From positions 8,269,832 through 8,333,831 of the forward strand of contig OZ316897.1 in assembly GCA_973895155.1 (NCBI GenBank): a DNA stretch of 64,000 nucleotides, given 5' to 3'. This DNA is from Marsupella aquatica (Eukaryota > Plantae > Marchantiophyta). The notes under the pieces were generated by a model. The model saw only the letters and a list, made by a program, of their open reading frames with translations. It made no database searches and was not told the origin of the DNA. A program made the translations under genes and the position numbers. This document shows, in pieces, positions 60,689-64,000 of this stretch. Each line of letters starts with the position of its first letter. The first letter of the stretch is position 1.

Positions 60689-62647
60689 CTATTTTGATGG
60701 AGTGGCAGGGAGGCTCTTGGTACTCAGGTGTTGCCATAGACATTGGAAAAGCTTCCAGTGTTGAGCTTTTGGAGGCGAGAGGTGGTGGGAGGGAGGGAGG
60801 TTGCCATAATGAGAGCCAGGGCCAAAGTCTAAGTATGGAGGTTTAGAGGATTTGGGGCCATACTTTGTTGTTGGGAAGGAGCAATGTTTATCCATTGGGA
60901 GCATTTCTTGGACAGGTTTTTGTGAACAGGGGTGCGTGTTGCTATGTATTTTCCCGGTTTATTTGTGGGATGTGGTAATGACCATCTGTGCATTTGGCCA
61001 TTTTATACTTCTCTATCACATTTTTTCTTGTTCCAGTAATTGGTCTATCTTTGGGAGGCATCCATATTTCTCTACTTGTCTGCCGGTTGTGTCATGCTAG
61101 GAGGTCACAGCCAGGTGGTCCAGGACAGCTTTTGTGTATGCACGGTGGGCTTTCTGCATTTCCTGCTTTGCTACTGATTACAGTTGTCTTGGACTTTGAA
61201 ATGACTTTGGTAGGGTCTGAGTGAGCTGACGAGGTGATCAGCTTTCCCGGGTTTTAACTTTATGGGAACTTGAATTAATCACACGGATGTGTTTCGTATG
61301 TGCTGGTCTCTTCACAGCAGAATTGAGCACCTACAGAGCTGCTTGCAGTTCCTGGGGTTTGTCTCTTCCTAAAGGTTATGATTCCGAGGCGATGTCATTT
61401 TGTCCCTGATCGTTGCTGTTGGTTTGTTATACATTAGGTTTCAGTGTCTTTTTCCAGTGAGTTTGGCTTGATGATTTGTTCATTGTGTGACCGTGAAGGT
61501 TTCAATGTGCGAGTGAGATTTTTCATCAATGCTTGATTTTGCTGCCTCTTGCTCTTTATCCAATGGTGATCAGAAGCAGCTGATATGTCATGGGGTTTCT
61601 CTGACTGTTGATTTCGGTGTGGAGGACGCTATTGCTGGCATGTTTTGCAATTGTTTGATCTGCAAGTTTCCGCTCCATCTGTAGTCTGTCTTGCATGTGC
61701 TCAGTCAATGAAAGCTTCTTCCATTGATCTCGGTATTTTAAGAAAGGTTTGAAATTAGTTTGTGATTTCATGAAGAAAATGACATCCAGCTTTGGAAGAT
61801 CCAGATTCACAGATTCAATTTTGAGGTCAAATTGGACAGGAATGACCTGTGACTGTTCAGACTTTTTAGATCTGGAAATGTGACTGAGTTGAATTGTTGT
61901 GTCTGTCATCAGGAGTTAAACATTAAACAATAAACTCTACTCCCAGCACCCATTTACGGTCACCACAATTTCAGTCTTGGATGTAAACCAAGGAGCGCAA
62001 GAAGCCCACAAGAGTGAAAGAAAGGGGCAGAAAGATTGGGAATTTTTTTTTCCGTCTTCCATTAATTCACATGGACGTACTGCTGCCAAGAACTGTTAGT
62101 GGGCAGAGGTCCTTCTGCAAGGCGTGATTCGGTGAGGCATGGAGATTCAATTGATCGCCAAATTTCAACATTAGTATCATGCGTTTGGCTCTACAAAGTG
62201 TGTGATGTCTTTCTGCATGAACCAGAGCTTTGCTTGCAGAAACTGGGTACTGTGGCAGCAGTGAACGTACTGGAGTATTTCCTCAAATAAAGGCGAACAT
62301 TCCTCACTGGGGCAACAGTGAACGCGGCGGCTTTTTCAATGAGAATTCCATCAGAAACCAGGAGCCTAATCATTCTTTCTGACGGAAAGGTTGACCTTCA
62401 ATGACAGCAATTCCAATTGAAGGACAATAATGGTGTACACAACAAGAGTTTTGAGTTCTTGAGATATCCGTCAATGTGATCCATCAGTCGAGCTGGGGAG
62501 AAAAATTGTAAACCCCAGCTATCCTAAACGGCTTAGCAACGAGTAACACTTCGTGAGCTCCCACAAAAGTCCAAAATTGGAGCATGTACTGATTCAATTC
62601 CTCATTGACCTAGTGTCAAGGATTGTTCCTACAGAATTTCCCGTCCC

Positions 62648-63971
62648 TCACCTAGGCTCAACAACGCTCACATAGTTACTGCCTGATCCAAAGTTGGAAT
62701 TGACGATGTAGTGAGACTCTCGGGATTCCTTTAGTCTTGTTTTCGGGTAGCCTTTCGACTCTGGCTTCAACCCATCAAAATGTCTAAGAGACGGTTTTAT
62801 CAGCTCAGGAACTCCCATATCGCTATCGCCAGAGAGTAGTGACACCACACGAGCCATGGACGGGCGCAGTGCAGCATTTTGGGTGCAGAGCAGAGCAATT
62901 TGAGCGACTTTTTGTATTTCCTTCTGAAATCCACCTGCCTTTTTCAACCTAGGGTCGAGAATATCCATTAGCCTTTCCTCTTCGTACAGTTGCCAAATCT
63001 GTTTCATAGAAAAGTAAAAGAGTGAGAATAGGTGAGATCCAAGGAGACTACTCTAATAGCTTTTCTACACAAAATGCCAGTTAACGGTCATTTCTCCTAC
63101 TTTGGCAGCGGGGACATCACTTATGAAAGTAGAATATTGCTGATCATCAAATAGAGTTTGCCAGGGTAAATGTCAAATATCCTCACCCAGTCGAGAAGGT
63201 ATGCCATGTCTGTTGACAACCTCAAATCCAAATTGGTTCTACCACTGAGGAGCTCCAGCACCACTATGCCATAACTAAACACATCCGCCTTCTCAGTCAA
63301 CTGGCCACGCATTGCATACTCTGGAGACAAGTACCCACTTTACAAAGAGGCCCACCAAAGTCAAACTCCTTGTAATTATGTGATGGGAAACAAGAAACTA
63401 CTTTGGAACAAAACAGTACTCTGTCTGCAAAACTGCAAACTAGTGTCGTTCAGGACATTGCTCTCACACATATACCTTTAGGGTAAGAGGTACAGAATCA
63501 CCGATCATCGGGTCAAGACTTACACTGTTCCAGCAACGCGTGTGCTGACATGACTTTGAGTATCATTGACTAGCTTCGCGAGGCCAAAGTCAGAAATTTT
63601 GGGCTCCAGGTCCTTGTCAAGAAGAATATTGCTAGCCTGTTTCAGTACACACAACACGACAGTATTACAGAGAAGACTCCATAATAAATACTTTGGGAGC
63701 TCTAGCAGAAATCAATATTTATCTGAGCAGAACAAGGCATCTGAGTCTTATTATGTTCAGATGAGTTGACACAGATATTAAGTCACACACCATATGCAAA
63801 TGATCTCAAATCAATAGCAATCCTACCATGATATCGGCTTGAAGCATACCTTCACGTCCCTATGGATGATCCGTGTCTGACAGCCCTCGTGAAGGTAAGC
63901 TAATCCACGAGCAGTGCCAAGCGCAATTTTTAGTCGAGTTGGCCAATCTAGAAAAATTGGGTATTTAGGAT
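62648..63971 (-). CDS. 3' portion of a receptor-like Ser/Thr kinase (RD kinase, resembles LRR-VIII-2/malectin-type RLKs); exons 63971-63850, 63636-63524, 63337-63187, 62998-62648; 5' part lies beyond the window
   Basis: The spliced translation gives [34 protein letters not shown]|[22 protein letters not shown]...[10 protein letters not shown]|[33 protein letters not shown]...LLDW|IWQL...[18 protein letters not shown]. All three introns are GT-AG and the phases are compatible (122, 113, 151 and 351 nt). Confidence 0.92.
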
Positions 63972-64000
63972 CTGCACAAGCCAAGTTTCAACGCGTTATT

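Noticed and set aside
63121-63330. Stand-alone ORFs 63121-63330 and 62648-63007
   Set aside because: They are RLK exons read into flanking introns; true boundaries are given in the RLK feature.

Overview
Eukaryotic nuclear DNA from a land plant. GT-AG introns, a nuclear-encoded plastid ribosomal protein and low gene density suggest a non-seed plant such as a liverwort; the taxon is inferred, not demonstrated. Four protein-coding genes are supported: a secreted AA5_1 glyoxal/aldehyde oxidase (11339-13012, -), plastid 50S ribosomal protein L17 (2 exons, 24216-25060, -), a divergent intronless BTB/POZ-NPH3 (NRL-like) protein (44435-46177, +), and the last four exons of an RD-type receptor-like kinase (62648-63971, -, running off the window). 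The most unusual element is a frameshifted relic of an APH/choline-kinase-like phosphotransferase (30596-30985, -). Its motif layout resembles ascomycete 'phosphotransferase enzyme family' proteins, making it a candidate fungus-to-plant horizontal transfer, and it lies about 1 kb from a ~98-bp satellite array. Intergenic DNA holds many structurally definable mobile elements: a tRNA-derived SINE family (one copy with a 19-bp TSD nested in a MITE), a second SINE-like element with a 224-bp tandem duplication, a solo LTR with a 5-bp TSD, a non-autonomous Helitron, MITEs, and a tandem segmental duplication (48618-55844) whose history can be partly reconstructed. No rRNA, tRNA gene, CRISPR array or recognisable miRNA was found. 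All protein family assignments rest on recalled motifs; no database search was run.
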